64,000 nucleotides of DNA, from contig CAWGVJ010000004.1 of assembly GCA_963826005.1 (NCBI GenBank), forward strand, positions 37,279 through 101,278, in the 5' to 3' direction. Below the pieces are notes generated by a model. The model had not been told where the DNA came from. It searched no databases and was given only the letters and a program-made list of their open reading frames with translations. This DNA comes from an uncultured Solirubrobacterales bacterium. GTDB lineage: Bacteria > Actinomycetota > Thermoleophilia > Solirubrobacterales > JBBDJG01. The position numbers and the translations under genes are program-made. Shown one piece after another: positions 29,555 to 40,725 of this stretch (position 1 is the stretch's first letter; the number at the start of each line of letters is the position of its first letter).

Positions 29555-32500
29555 TCAGGCGGCGCGGCGGGCGCGCAGCAGGGGCGCGGTCGTCTCGTCG
29601 GCGAACTGCTCGCCGGTCACGCCGGTGACGAAGTGCCCGCCCCGGATCAGGCCCCGCGCCTCGAGGCGGCGCAGCGCCCAGAGGAGCTCCCGCCATGGGA
29701 CCGCCAGCCGCTCCTTGAGGTAGACGTCGCGGAACACCACACCCCATCGCAGCAAGAGCTGCCAGGCGACGGCTTCGGCCAGCTCCTCGACGTCGTCGGT
29801 CGGCTCGGCTCGCGGGCAGCAGCGTCCAGCGGCCCTCCACACCCTGCCGCCACGTGCCGCGCCGGCCGCGGGACCCGGGACGGCGGTACGGGCCGCTGGC
29901 GGCGCGCGAACCGCGTGCGCGCATGCAGCAGCGACCGGATCGCGTTGAATCCGTCGGCGCTGACGAGGCCCCGGGCGACGCCGTCCCACAGGCCTTCCTC
30001 GACCTCGGTGGGCAGGCGACTGGTGATGGCCTGGAGGTCGGAGTGAAACAGCGCGCCGCGCTCGCGCAGGGCGTCGAGCACCTCCCGCCCGCGAGCCGGC
30101 GGTGGGCTCGGCCGGCGCCACGGCGCCACGGTGCGCCTGCAGCAGCCAGGGCAGGTCCTGGCGCAGCATGAAGGTGATCGGCGTCCGGCGGGACGGCGAC
30201 TTGCTCGCGAGCGGCGAGGCTCTGCAGCCGCGGGATCGTCACCCTCGGCGGCCGGCTCGAGCACGGACAGCCGGCCCCACACGACCTCGCCCGACAGGCA
30301 CAGGTCGTCGAGCCATTCGGGACGATACGACTCGACCCGCTCGGCGAAGAGCCGCTCCCACTCGCCGGCCGGCCACTCGAAGCCTTGGAGCTGCTCGATC
30401 ACCTCGGCCAGCCCGGCGCGGCCGTGGCGCCGGGTGCCGGGAGTGGCGTGCCACCAGGACTGCGAGGAAGTCCTGCCACTCCTCCTGGCTGATCGGACGG
30501 ACCTCGGCCCGCCGGCGCTCGCGCGTGTAGCCGTGGATGCGGGCAAGCAGCCGGCGGGCGCACCACTGCTCGCCGCGCTCCGGGCTCGAAGTGCCCGCTG
30601 ACCGCGAACCCGCGCGCCGCGCAGGGCCTCGAGCGCGATCGTCAGCGATGACGGCGCGCAGGCCGGTGACGGCGGCGAGCTCGTCCACGGTGACGGGACC
30701 GCAGACGTCGAGATGGCCCCGGACGACGGTCACCGCCGCCTCGTCGGCGGCCTACGGCGTCGAGCACGGCGACCATGCCGGGCGGAAGCGGATGATCGGG
30801 TACGAACCTGGCGCCCGGGAAGAGCGCCTCGACCTCGGCCCGGCGCTCGGTCGCCGCCCACATGCACGTCGGTCTGCCCGGGGCTCGTGGACCTCGAACG
30901 ATCGGCCCGCGCCCGCCAGCGCCTCGAAGTGCTCGGCCCACTCGGCGTCGCGGCCGGGCGGCGACCAGCGACAGCAGCACGTCGTGCAGCTCGTCGGCGT
31001 CGCGCACCTCCGGCGTCGCCTCGGCCCGGACCCGCTCGATCGCGTCCGGGTCGAGCCGGCCCAGCTCGCGAGGCTCCACCGGCAGGCCGCGGCGCAGCGG
31101 CACCGCTCGCGAGCGGCGCTCGCCGATCTCGGCGTCCTCGTCGAGGTACGTGAAGGGCGCGCCGTTCAGGATCTCGTGGGCCAGCACGCTGGGCTCGACG
31201 GTGTCGACGAAGTGCAGGCGAACGGTGCCCTCCTCGAACCGGCTGCACGAGCGCCTTCAGCCCGTCGATGTCCATCGCCTCGGTCAGGCAGTCGCCCATG
31301 GTCTCCCGCACGAGCGGGTGATCGGGGATCTCGATGGGGCCGGCCGGGGCGTTGTCCTGGCAGGCGGCGAGGACGGGGAAGACGGCGGCCATCAGGTCGG
31401 CCGCCTCCATGCGCTGGATGTTGAACGGGTTGAGCCGGCCGCCCTTGCGGCGCAGCACCGCGAGCGAGCGGTTGAGGTTCCAGCGCCAGCGGGCGATGAA
31501 CATCGGGCTGCGCAGCACGGCCTGGGAGACGGCGTCCTGCACGTTGTGCGGAGCGCAGGAAGGCGGGCACGTCCTCGAGCGGGAACGAGTGCTGCGGGCC
31601 GAGCGACAGCAGCACCGCGTCGTTGCTGGCCGCCGCCTGCAGCTCGAAGTCGAAGTTCAGGCAGAACTTCTTGCGCAGCCCGAGGCCGAGCGCTCGGTTG
31701 ATCCTGGCGCCGAGCGGCGCGTGGACGATCAGCTGCATCCCGCCGCTCTCGTCGAAGAACCGCTCGAACACGATGTCGTCGTGGGTGGGCAGCACCCCGC
31801 CCAGCTCGACCCGGCCGGCGCGCAGGTAGTCGACGACCAGAGCGGCGGCGACGACGTCGACGCCCGACACCTCCTGCACGAAGACGACGGCGGCCTCCCG
31901 CCCGCCGGCGTCGAGCCGCTCGGCCACCGCGCTCCGCAGCCGGGAGACCTCCTCGGACAGCTCGTCGGTGCGGCCGGGCGCCTCGCCGACCCAGAACGGG
32001 ATCGTGGGATGCCTGCCGGTGGCGTCGCGCACCCGCAGGACGCCGTTGGTCACCTGCACGATCTGCCACGGGTGGGTGCCGAGCAGGAACACGTCGCCCT
32101 GGAAGGACTCGATCGCGAAGTCCTCGTTCACGGTGCCGACGAACACGTCGCCCGGCTCCATCAGCACCCGGTAATCGCCGGTCTCGGGGATCGCGCCGCC
32201 CGAGGTGAGGGTCGCCAGCCGCGCGCCCCGGCGGCCGCGCAGCCGCCCGTTGACGCGGTCGCGATGCAGGTAGGCCATGCGCCGGCCGCGGCCGGTCTCG
32301 ATGCCGACCGAGACCAGGTCGACGATCTCCTCGAACTCCTCGCGGGTGAGCCGCCGGTAGGGCCAGGCCCTGGTGACCAGCCCGAACAGCTCGTCCTCGG
32401 CCACGCCGTCGTCGCCCCTGGCCGCCGTCTCGGCCACGATCTGCTGGGCGAGGATGTCGAGCGGCTGCTCGGGCGGGTGCAGGGCGTCGAGGCGTCCCCG

Positions 32501-33740
32501 CTTGACCGCGGCCAGCAGCGCGGCGCATTCGACCAGCTCGTCCCGGGTGGTCGGGTACATCGATCCCGCGGGGGACACCCGGTGCGATGGTGGTTGGCCC
32601 GGCCCACCCGCTGCAGGAAGGTGGCGATGCTGTGCGGCGAGCCGATCTGGCACACCAGCTCGACCGGGCCCGACGTCGATGCCGAGCTCCAGCGAGGCGG
32701 TCGCGACCAGGGCCCGCAGGTCGCCCGCCCGCAGGCGCTGCTCGACCCGCTGGCGGCGCTCGCGCGACAGCGATCCGTGATGCGCGGCCACCCGGTCCTC
32801 ACCCAGCCGCTCACCGAGCTCATGAGCCACCCGCTCGGACAGCTTCCTGGTGTTGACGAACACCAGGGTGGTCCGGTGGTCGGCGACGTGGGCGCGCGAT
32901 ACGGTCGACGATCTCGTTGAACTGATCGCCGGAGAGGGCCGCCTCGAGCTCGCCGTCGGGCATCTCGAGCGACAAGCTCGAGGCGGCGCCGGTGCCCGCT
33001 GTCGACGACGATCGGGAGCGGCTCGCCCGCCCCCACCAGACAGGCGGGCCGCCGTCTCGACCGGCCTGACCGTCGCCGAGAGGCCGACACGGACGGGCGG
33101 ACGCCCGGTCACCGCCTGAAGCCGCTCGAGCGAGAGGGTCAGATGCGAGCCGCGCTTGTCGCGGGCGAGGGCGTGGATCTCGTCGACGATCACCGTCTCA
33201 ACCGCGGCGAGCGTCGCCCGCGATCGTTCGGCGGTCAGGTACAGGTACAGGGACTCGGGCGTGGTGACGAGGAGGTTCGGCGGGCGGCGGATCATCATCT
33301 GCCGCTCGTACGACGTGGAGTCACCGGTCCGCACGGCGACCGCGATCGGCGCCGGCTCGTAGCCCGAGCTCCCGGGCCACCTCGGCGATCTCGGCGAGAG
33401 GCTCCTCGAGGTTGGTGTGGATGTCGACGGCCAGGGCCTTCAGCGGGCTCAGGTACACCACCCGCGTGACGCCCTCGATCGGCTCGCCGGCCTCGTGGGC
33501 GTGATAGAGGGCGTCGATCGCGGCGAGGAATCCGGCCAGCGTCTTGCCCGAGCCCGTGGGGGCGCAGATCAGCGTGTGCCGGCCGGCGACGATCGCCGGC
33601 CAGCCCCCGGCCTGAGCCTCGGTTGGCCCGTCGGGAAACCGCCGCTCGAACCACGTCCGCACCGCCGGGTGGAACCGTTCGAGGATCCCGGCGGGCGCGG
33701 AATCTCTGGTTGTCGACGCCGGCGAGGTCACGGAGTCCAT
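29555..33740 (-). pseudogene. lhr: Lhr-type ATP-dependent DExH helicase (~1395 aa), at least 12 frame changes
   Basis: N-terminus FHPAVRTWFERRF, Walker A APTGSGKT, DEIH box, VFVNTRKLSE, QRVGRANHH, and C-terminal RGGHFVTGVTGEQF. Pieces are spread over ORFs 33321..33740, 31166..33334, 32161..33090, 30730..31542, 30642..31187, 30239..30733, 29647..30546 and 29555..30169. Confidence 0.85.
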
Positions 33741-33749
33741 TGCAGCACA

Positions 33750-34844
33750 TCACGTTCGATTTCCACGCGGCGGGCCGGCGCGGGCCCCGCCGCACGCTGA
33801 CGGGCGCCCTCCGATCAGGTGCGAGACGCTGCGGAGCTGCTCCATCTCGGGCCCGTACGAGCCGTGGCGCGCCGCTCCGTTCAGTGCGGCCCGATGCACG
33901 AAGGCGGCCTGTGCGGCGCTGCGATTGGCCGCGTCGCCGGCCCATGCCCGCAGGACCGGGGCCTGGAGCGCTCGGCCGTACGAGAAGCTCAGCTCCCAGG
34001 GCTGGGGTTCACGCCTGTTCATCGCGTCGAGGCGGGCGGTGGCGTCCTCGTCGGACATGCCACCGGAGAGGAAGACGATCCCGGGGACCGCCGCGGGCAC
34101 GGTCTCCCGCAGCACCGCGATCGTCGCGTCGGCGATCTCGTCGTGACCGGCCTGGTCCGGGCAGTCCGTGCCCGACACGACCATGTTCGGCTTGAGCAGG
34201 CTCGCTTCCAGCACGACCCGGTGGCGAGCGAGTTGCTCGTACACGGATCGAAGCGTCGCCGCGGTGACCTCCGCGCAGCGCTCGAGCTGTGATCGCCGTC
34301 CATCAGCACCTCGGGCTCGACGATCGGGACCAGGCCGGCCTCCTGGCAGAGCGCCGCGTAGCGGGCGAGCGCGTGCGCGTTTGCGTCGACGCAGGTGACG
34401 GTCGGCCGTCCGTCGCCGATCGAGATGACGGCACGCCACTTGGCGAACCGGGCTCCCAGGGAGACGTACTCCTCCAGCCGGCCGCGCAGTCCGTCGAGCC
34501 CCTCGGTCACGAGCTCGTCGGGGAAGCCGGCGAGTGGCTCGTCCCCGTGTCCACCTTGATGCCGGGGATCACGCCTTGCTCACGCAGCACCTCGGGAAAC
34601 GTGGTGCCGTCGGCTGCGCGCTGACGGATGGTCTCGTCGAACAGGATCACGCCGCTGATGAACTCGCCGATCCCCTCGGTGGTGAAGAGGATTTCGCGGT
34701 ACTCCGCGGCGCTTGCTCGGTCGACTCGAGGCCGATGCCACGCAGGCGCTTCTCCATCGTCGGCGTGCTCTCGTCGGCGGCGAGAATGCCCTTTCCGGGC
34801 GCCACGATCGCCCGCGCCGTCTCGGTCATGGAAGGGACGTTCAT
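33750..34844 (-). pseudogene. class I fructose-bisphosphate aldolase, at least 3 frame changes (~34715, ~34545, ~34295)
   Basis: ATG 34844. [10 protein letters not shown] motif, Schiff-base region LLKPNMVV, and IVFLSGG. Pieces lie in ORFs 34647..35084, 34019..34510 and 33750..34439. Confidence 0.85.
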
Positions 34845-35001
34845 CGACTCACCGCCTTTTGTAGTCGTGTTCTGCGAATAGAGGCGCGCGTGATGGAGGT
34901 GATCTCGGATTCCAGCCCCAACGCACGATTGCATCCCTTGGGCAGGCGAACATCGGGGCGGCTCCCGGCTGGCGGCTGCGTAGTTCCCCGCAACGATGCG
35001 T

Positions 35002-35826
35002 CTAATTCTCGCTGCCCCCCTTGACCATTCCTGGGTGCCTCGCAAGCCAATATCGGATGTCAGACGGTAGGTCAGCCCCGCCAAACGCCTCGCGCAGCGC
35101 GTCAGCGAACAGCTTGCGGCTGATCTCGTGACGGTCTGGATGTACTGCGAAGAACGTGATCAGAAGCGTGATCAGCTTGATCGGAACTTCGGTTGCGCCG
35201 ACCTCGGTCGCCTCGGCGGCCGCGTCGAGGTGCTGCCGCAGCGCTTCCATCGATTCGAACGGAGGGCCGTAGCCGTAGTCGGCGTGTAGCGCGGCGCTCC
35301 AGTGGCGCCGTTCGGCATGGTGCAGTCCGAGGACGTCAACGAAGACCCAGGCGGACTCGGAGAGGCGCTCGAGGTCCCCGGGCGTACTCACCAAGGGCGG
35401 GGGCTTCGCCTCTCCCGCAAGCGCGCGCGCCAGATCCAGCGTGGACAGAACGCCGATTGGCTGCGCCGGATCGCCATGCGCTACGAGCACATGAGTGACC
35501 TGGTGTTCGACCATCTGCCGGCTCGCGTGCTCCAGGGAGTCGGTGGCTTTCACTTCGACGGGCTCGGTCGCGGCGATCTCTGCCGCGGTGATGCGATCCA
35601 GCTCGCCGACCGCGACCGAGGCAAGGTCGAGATCGGAGATCACGCCCCACCCCCGCACGCCTCCTTCCGCTTCGAGCATGTCGATCACAACGACGCAGTG
35701 GATCCCCTTGGCTGCCATCAACTCGGCGACGTCCCGCGCGCTCGACTCCGGGGAACAGCTGACGATCCCGGGCGCAATGACGTCGCCGACACGTACGCGG
35801 GACAGGTCGATCTCGGCGGCGCCCAT
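35002..35826 (-). CDS. CBS-pair domain protein with unrecognised C-terminal domain
   Basis: Intact 274-aa ORF. Two CBS repeats (…GIHCVVVID…, …[10 protein letters not shown]…[12 protein letters not shown]). The C-terminal ~120 aa are not recognised. Confidence 0.7.
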   Translation of the reverse strand: MGAAEIDLSRVRVGDVIAPGIVSCSPESSARDVAELMAAKGIHCVVVIDMLEAEGGVRGWGVISDLDLASVAVGELDRITAAEIAATEPVEVKATDSLEHASRQMVEHQVTHVLVAHGDPAQPIGVLSTLDLARALAGEAKPPPLVSTPGDLERLSESAWVFVDVLGLHHAERRHWSAALHADYGYGPPFESMEALRQHLDAAAEATEVGATEVPIKLITLLITFFAVHPDRHEISRKLFADALREAFGGADLPSDIRYWLARHPGMVKGGSEN

Positions 35827-35933
35827 GCGGCGACTCTAGATCACGGCTTCGCTCCGCGCTCCGTAGTTTGTCGGCGACCGAGCCGTGTCCTCCACTGATG
35901 CGTCATCGGCGAAGGCCGACCTAGGCTGGCCCG

Positions 35934-36968
35934 ATGCGGATCGGAATTCTCACCGCGGGCGGCGACTGCCCCGGTATCAACGCGGTCATCCGGGCCGCCG
36001 GCCGCAAGCTCATGGCCGATGGCCACACCCCGGTGGGCATCCGCCGGGGATGGCGCGGCCTGGCCGAGCGCGACTACCTTCCCCTCGACGATCAGTCGCT
36101 CTCGGGGATCCTGCACGCTCGGCGGCACGATCCTGTCCACGTCGAACTTCCACCCGGTCAAGGAGCAAAGCGGCCTCGAAAGAGTCCGCGGCGCCGTCGA
36201 TGAGGACAAGATCGACGGCCTGATCGCGATCGGCGGCGAGCACACGATGATGATCAACCGGCAGGTCATGGAGGAGATCGACCTGCCGATCGTCGGCGTG
36301 CCGAAGACGATCGACAACGACGTGGTCGGCACGGACTACACGTTCGGCTTTCACACCGCGGTGCAGATCGCCACGGACGCAATCGACCGCCTCCACTCGA
36401 CGGCCCAGTCTCACGACCGCGTGATGGTCCTCGAGGTGATGGGCCGCAACTCGGGATGGATCGCCGTGTTCGCCGGGCTGGCCGGCGGGGCCGACGCGAT
36501 CGTGATCCCCGAACTCGAGCTCACCGTGGAGGAAATCACGGAGGGGATCGAGCATCGCCACCAACAGGATAAGAACTTCTCGATCATCGTCGTCGCCGAG
36601 GGCGCCGAGCTCTCCTTTCCTCAGGCGAGCGGCAGACCGTGCGTGCCTCGGACGAGATCGACCAATACGGGCATCCGCGCCTTGGCGGAATCGGCGCGGC
36701 GCTCGCTCGCGAGCTCGGAGAGCGCACGGGGTTCGACACGCGGGTGACGGTGCTCGGCCACGTTCAGCGTGGCGGCACGCCGACGGAGTTCGACCGCGTG
36801 CTTGCAACACGCTACGGCTACCACGCCGCCGAGCTGGCCGACGCCGGCAACTTCGGGCGAATGGTGTCGTTGCAAGGCACGGAGATGACCTCTGTCCCGC
36901 TCAAGTGGGTCATGGGGGTCAAGACCGTCGACCTGAAGTACCTCGAGCTGGCACGAACATTTTTCTGA
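35934..36968 (+). pseudogene. 6-phosphofructokinase (PfkA family), two frame changes (~36125, ~36640)
   Basis: MRIGILTAGGDCPGINAVIR, IGGEHT, GVPKTIDNDV, MGRNSGWIA and HVQRGG. Pieces lie in ORFs 35934..36203, 36019..36747 and 36639..36968. Confidence 0.85.
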
Positions 36969-36982
36969 TAGGAAGGCGCGGG

Positions 36983-38150
36983 ATGCGAATCGGACTGCTG
37001 ACCGGAGGCGGCGACGTGCCGGGCCTCAACCCGTGCATCAAGGCGGTCGTAACCAGCGCCGAGGCGGCGGGGATCGAGGTCGTCGGGCATCCGGCGGGCT
37101 GGGCCGGCCTGCTGAACTACAACCCCGACGACCCGCCGGCGCAGCACGGAGTGGATCGAGCCCCTCACGGGCGAGATCGTGCGCACGATCGACCGCTACG
37201 GCGGGACGCATCTGCACACGTCGCGCACCAATCCCGGAGAAGGTCAAGAGCCGGCCGTCCCCGCAGTTCCTGCGCGGCCGCTTCGCCGTCGAGGACGGCG
37301 AGCGTCGACTGCACGCCGCACGTGCTCGAGGTGCTCGAGCACCTGGGCATCGACGCGCTCGTCCCGATCGGCGGCGACGACACGCTCTCCTTCGCGCGTC
37401 CGCCTGCACCAGGAGGGCGTCGCGCGTCGTCGCGCATCCCGAAGACGATGGACAACGACGTCTTCGGCACCGACTACTGCATCGGGTTCTCCACGGCGGT
37501 GACGCGCAGCGTCGAATTCATCAACGCAGCTGCGCACGCCCGCCGGCTCCCACGAGCGGATCGCGGTCGTCGAGCTGTTCGGCCGCAACTCGGGCGAGAC
37601 GGCGCTGATCTCGGCCTACCTGGCCGACGCCGATCGCGCGCTGATCTCCGAGGTGCCGTTCGACATCGAGCGGCTCGCCAGGTGCGTCGTCGACGATCCC
37701 GGCAGCGCAACCCGAGCAACTACGCACTGATCGTCGTGTCCGAGGGGGCGACGATGATCGGCGGCCAGGTCGTCGAGTACGGGCAGGAGGACGCCTACGG
37801 CCACCGCAAGCTCGGTGGCATCGGCGAGATCGTCGCGGCAGGCGCTCAAGAAGATCACCGGCGTCGACATCGTCAACCAGCAGCTCGCGTACCTGATGCG
37901 CGCCGGTGCGCCCGATTCGCTCGACCGGATGGTCGCAGTGTCGTACGGCAACCTCGCCGTCGAGCAGCTCGCTCAGAGGCCACTCGGGACGGATGGTCGC
38001 GCTCCAGGACGGCAACTACACGACCGTCCCGATCGAGACGCTCCGTCTCAGGGCGTCAAGCGCGTCGACGTCGACGAGCTCTACGACTCCGAGAACAGTA
38101 CCGGCCCGACTGTCCGCCACCTGCTCGGCAAGCCGATGTTCCTGTACTGA
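36983..38150 (+). pseudogene. second 6-phosphofructokinase paralogue (GGDDT, PPi-type signature), several frame changes
   Basis: ATG 36983 (MRIGLLTGGGDVPGLNPCIK), PIGGDDTLSFA and IPKTMDNDVFGTDYCIGF. The C-terminus lies in ORF 37815..38150. Pieces are spread over three frames. Confidence 0.8.
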
Positions 38151-38234
38151 TCAGACCTGGCAGCCAGCTCCCCGCGGCCGTGTGTGTATCCCTGAATAGG
38201 CGCGCCCCCCTCCCAGAGCGGCTAGGCTGGAGAG

Positions 38235-38531
38235 GTGAACGACGACGCGATTCGTGCTCTGGTCACGCGGCTGTCACGTCCGGACGGCTCTGGCGGCGAC
38301 GTCATCGAGCGCGCCGCGATCCTCGCCGAGGGACCTAACTTCACGGCGATCGTGGCCTGGGTCATGGCCCACGGCGGCAAACCGGAGATGGCGACTCCCA
38401 CCGCTTCCATGGGCGGCCTGCACGGTTCGCGGCTGATGGACGGCGGCGAGCCAACATCGCCCACACCGCTTCGCTTCGTGCTGCCGGCCGGGGCACTGGT
38501 ACCGCGTAGCGCGGCGGCACCGCCCCACTAA
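38235..38531 (+). CDS. hypothetical protein
   Basis: 98-aa ORF with a GTG start after GGAGAGG. Coding-like GC3. No family recognised. Confidence 0.4.
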   Translation: MNDDAIRALVTRLSRPDGSGGDVIERAAILAEGPNFTAIVAWVMAHGGKPEMATPTASMGGLHGSRLMDGGEPTSPTPLRFVLPAGALVPRSAAAPPH

Positions 38532-39398
38532 CTCGTTCCGCGCTCTTGGCCGATCAGCGCCGCGGCCACTTCGCCAAAGCGCGGCGTCACGAGATGTCCC
38601 GCGCCCTCGAACACGGTGAGCGTCGCGTTTGGGATCGTCTCAGCGGCGTACTTGGAGTGGTGGAGCGGGACGACCTCGTCGTGATCGCCGTGCCAGAGGT
38701 GAACTGGTATCCGGATCTGATCGAGCCCGAAGCCCCACCCCCGCGCCTGGATCGCCGAGTCATCGACCACGCCCGCCGCGCCGGAACGTAGCGCCTCGCG
38801 CGAGGTGGCGAGTGCGAGCTTGCGGACTTCCGGCTCGCTGAAAACCGCCTTGTCGGGCGCCGACAGCTCCTTCTCGAACTCGCCGAGGAAGCTTTCGGGC
38901 CGGCGCTCGGCAATGCTGCGCGCGATGCGCCAGTAGGCGAGCGCCAGCGGACGGGCGCGGAGCGCGAGGCTCATCGACAGGCGGTCCGTCCTGCCGAGCC
39001 CCTTCCGGAAGCCCGGAGTCGCAGGTGGGCCTCACACCGCTCACGATGGCCGCGGCGGTCACACGGTCCGACAGCGCGTACGCGCATGCGGCAGCGTACT
39101 TCCCGCCGCTCGAGTAGCCGATCAGGGCGAAGCGTTCGATCTCGAGGCGGTCGGCGGCCGCTGCGACGTCCGCCGGCCAGTCGAGCAGGCCCCACGACCG
39201 GCGCGCGGTCGAGAGGCCGTAACCCGGCCGGTCGAGGGCCACCACCCGAGCGCCGAGCCGGCGAAACTCCTCGTCGAGCAGAGCGGGGTCGAGCCGCGAC
39301 CCGGGCATGCCGTGCAGGTACACGATCGGCGCGCCGTCCGGGTCGCCGTATTCGGCATACCCGAGCGCGCGACCGTCGGGCAGAGCGATGGTCGTCAT
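38528..39398 (-). pseudogene. alpha/beta hydrolase, frame change(s) near 38975-39020
   Basis: N-terminal half lies in ORF 38760..39398 (HGMPGS, nucleophile elbow GYSSGG). C-terminal half lies in ORF 38528..38974 (…LWHGDHDEVVP…GAGHL). Confidence 0.8.
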
Positions 39399-39466
39399 GG
39401 CCCTCGGCCTGGTGACACGGCGAGGGCCGTGCGGGAGCCCGCGGCGGCGGGCCCCCGGCCGTTAGC

Positions 39467-39853
39467 TCAGATTCCTCCGGCCGCCTTCTCGTCCTCTCCG
39501 AAGACGACGATGCCGTACACGACGTACACGCACAGGGCGAACACGCAGAGCGACCACCACGGGTTGCTCCCACCGATCGAGAACAGCGCCCCGATCGCGC
39601 CGAGGCTGCCGCCGATGATCCCGATCACACGGCCGTAGGTATTGCCCGCGATCAGCGAAAAGCCCCCGGTGAGCTGAACCACCCCGAGGATGATCAGAGT
39701 CCAGCCCATCGTGTTGAGGTTGGTGAATATGAACCTCGTGTCGTTGACGAAGATGTTGGCATCGTCCAGGGCGCCAATGCCATAGATGATGTTGATCGTG
39801 CCCGCAATTATCAGCAGGAATGCTGCGAACACGACGCGTCCGGCACCTCTCAC
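39467..39853 (-). CDS. four-TM membrane protein (HdeD/DUF308-like by eye)
   Basis: 128-aa ORF with a GTG start after AAAGGAG. Repeated G-rich helices. Noticeably more A/T-ending codons than its neighbours. Confidence 0.6.
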   Translation of the reverse strand: MRGAGRVVFAAFLLIIAGTINIIYGIGALDDANIFVNDTRFIFTNLNTMGWTLIILGVVQLTGGFSLIAGNTYGRVIGIIGGSLGAIGALFSIGGSNPWWSLCVFALCVYVVYGIVVFGEDEKAAGGI

Positions 39854-39984
39854 TTATTGCTCCTTTCAGGCCTTTGTGCTGCACAAAAAACCTGCAGCAT
39901 GCAGAGCATCTCACCCGAGGGGGTGATTGGCAACCTCGCTCTGAGCGCTGCATGTAGCTGCCCGGACGGTCATATCCTTGCCGC

Positions 39985-40725
39985 ATGCCCGACCCGTCGA
40001 GTTCGCCGCCGGCACCGCGCGCTCCAGCAACCTACGACGAGGAGCTCTTCGGGGCCGAGTCCCAAGCCGTCCTCGCAACGCAGTCCGATGCCGAGCGAAT
40101 CGAGCGCGTCAAGCGGGAGCTCGAGACGGGCTTTCGAGAGCTGGGCCGCATCGGCCCCGCGGTCTCCATCTTCGGCTCGGCGCGGACCGACGAGACCGAC
40201 CCCACCTACGAGCTCGCGCGCCGTACGGCGCAGATGCTCGGCAGCGCCGGTTTCGCCGTGATCACGGGTGGCGGGCCGGGGATCATGGCGGCGGCCAACC
40301 GGGGCGCGCTCGAAGCCGGAGCGCGCTCAGTCGGGTTGAACATCGAGCTGCCGTTCGAGCAGGAGACGAATGCCTACGTGGACCTCGCGCTCCGCTTCGA
40401 GCACTTCTACACGCGCAAGGTCATGTTCGTGCGCTACGCGTGTGCGTTCGTCGTCTTTCCCGGGGGCTTCGGCACGCTCGACGAGCTCTTCGAGGCGCTC
40501 ACCCTGATCCAGACCGGCAAGATCCGTCACTTCCCTGTCCTGTTGGTAGGGCGCTCCTACTGGCAAGGACTGATCGACTGGGTGCGCGACCGGCTGCTCG
40601 CCGAGGCGAAGATCGCGCCCGCGGATCTGGACCTGATGCGCCTGAGCGACGATCCGGCCGAGATCGTGGAGATCGTGGGCGAAGGTGCCGCGAGGCAGCA
40701 GCTCGTGTCGGCGCCGGCCTCGTGA
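39985..40725 (+). CDS. LOG family (TIGR00730-type) nucleotide 5'-monophosphate nucleosidase-like protein
   Basis: 246-aa ORF. GGGPGIM and PGGFGTLDE signature motifs. Confidence 0.85.
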   Translation: MPDPSSSPPAPRAPATYDEELFGAESQAVLATQSDAERIERVKRELETGFRELGRIGPAVSIFGSARTDETDPTYELARRTAQMLGSAGFAVITGGGPGIMAAANRGALEAGARSVGLNIELPFEQETNAYVDLALRFEHFYTRKVMFVRYACAFVVFPGGFGTLDELFEALTLIQTGKIRHFPVLLVGRSYWQGLIDWVRDRLLAEAKIAPADLDLMRLSDDPAEIVEIVGEGAARQQLVSAPAS

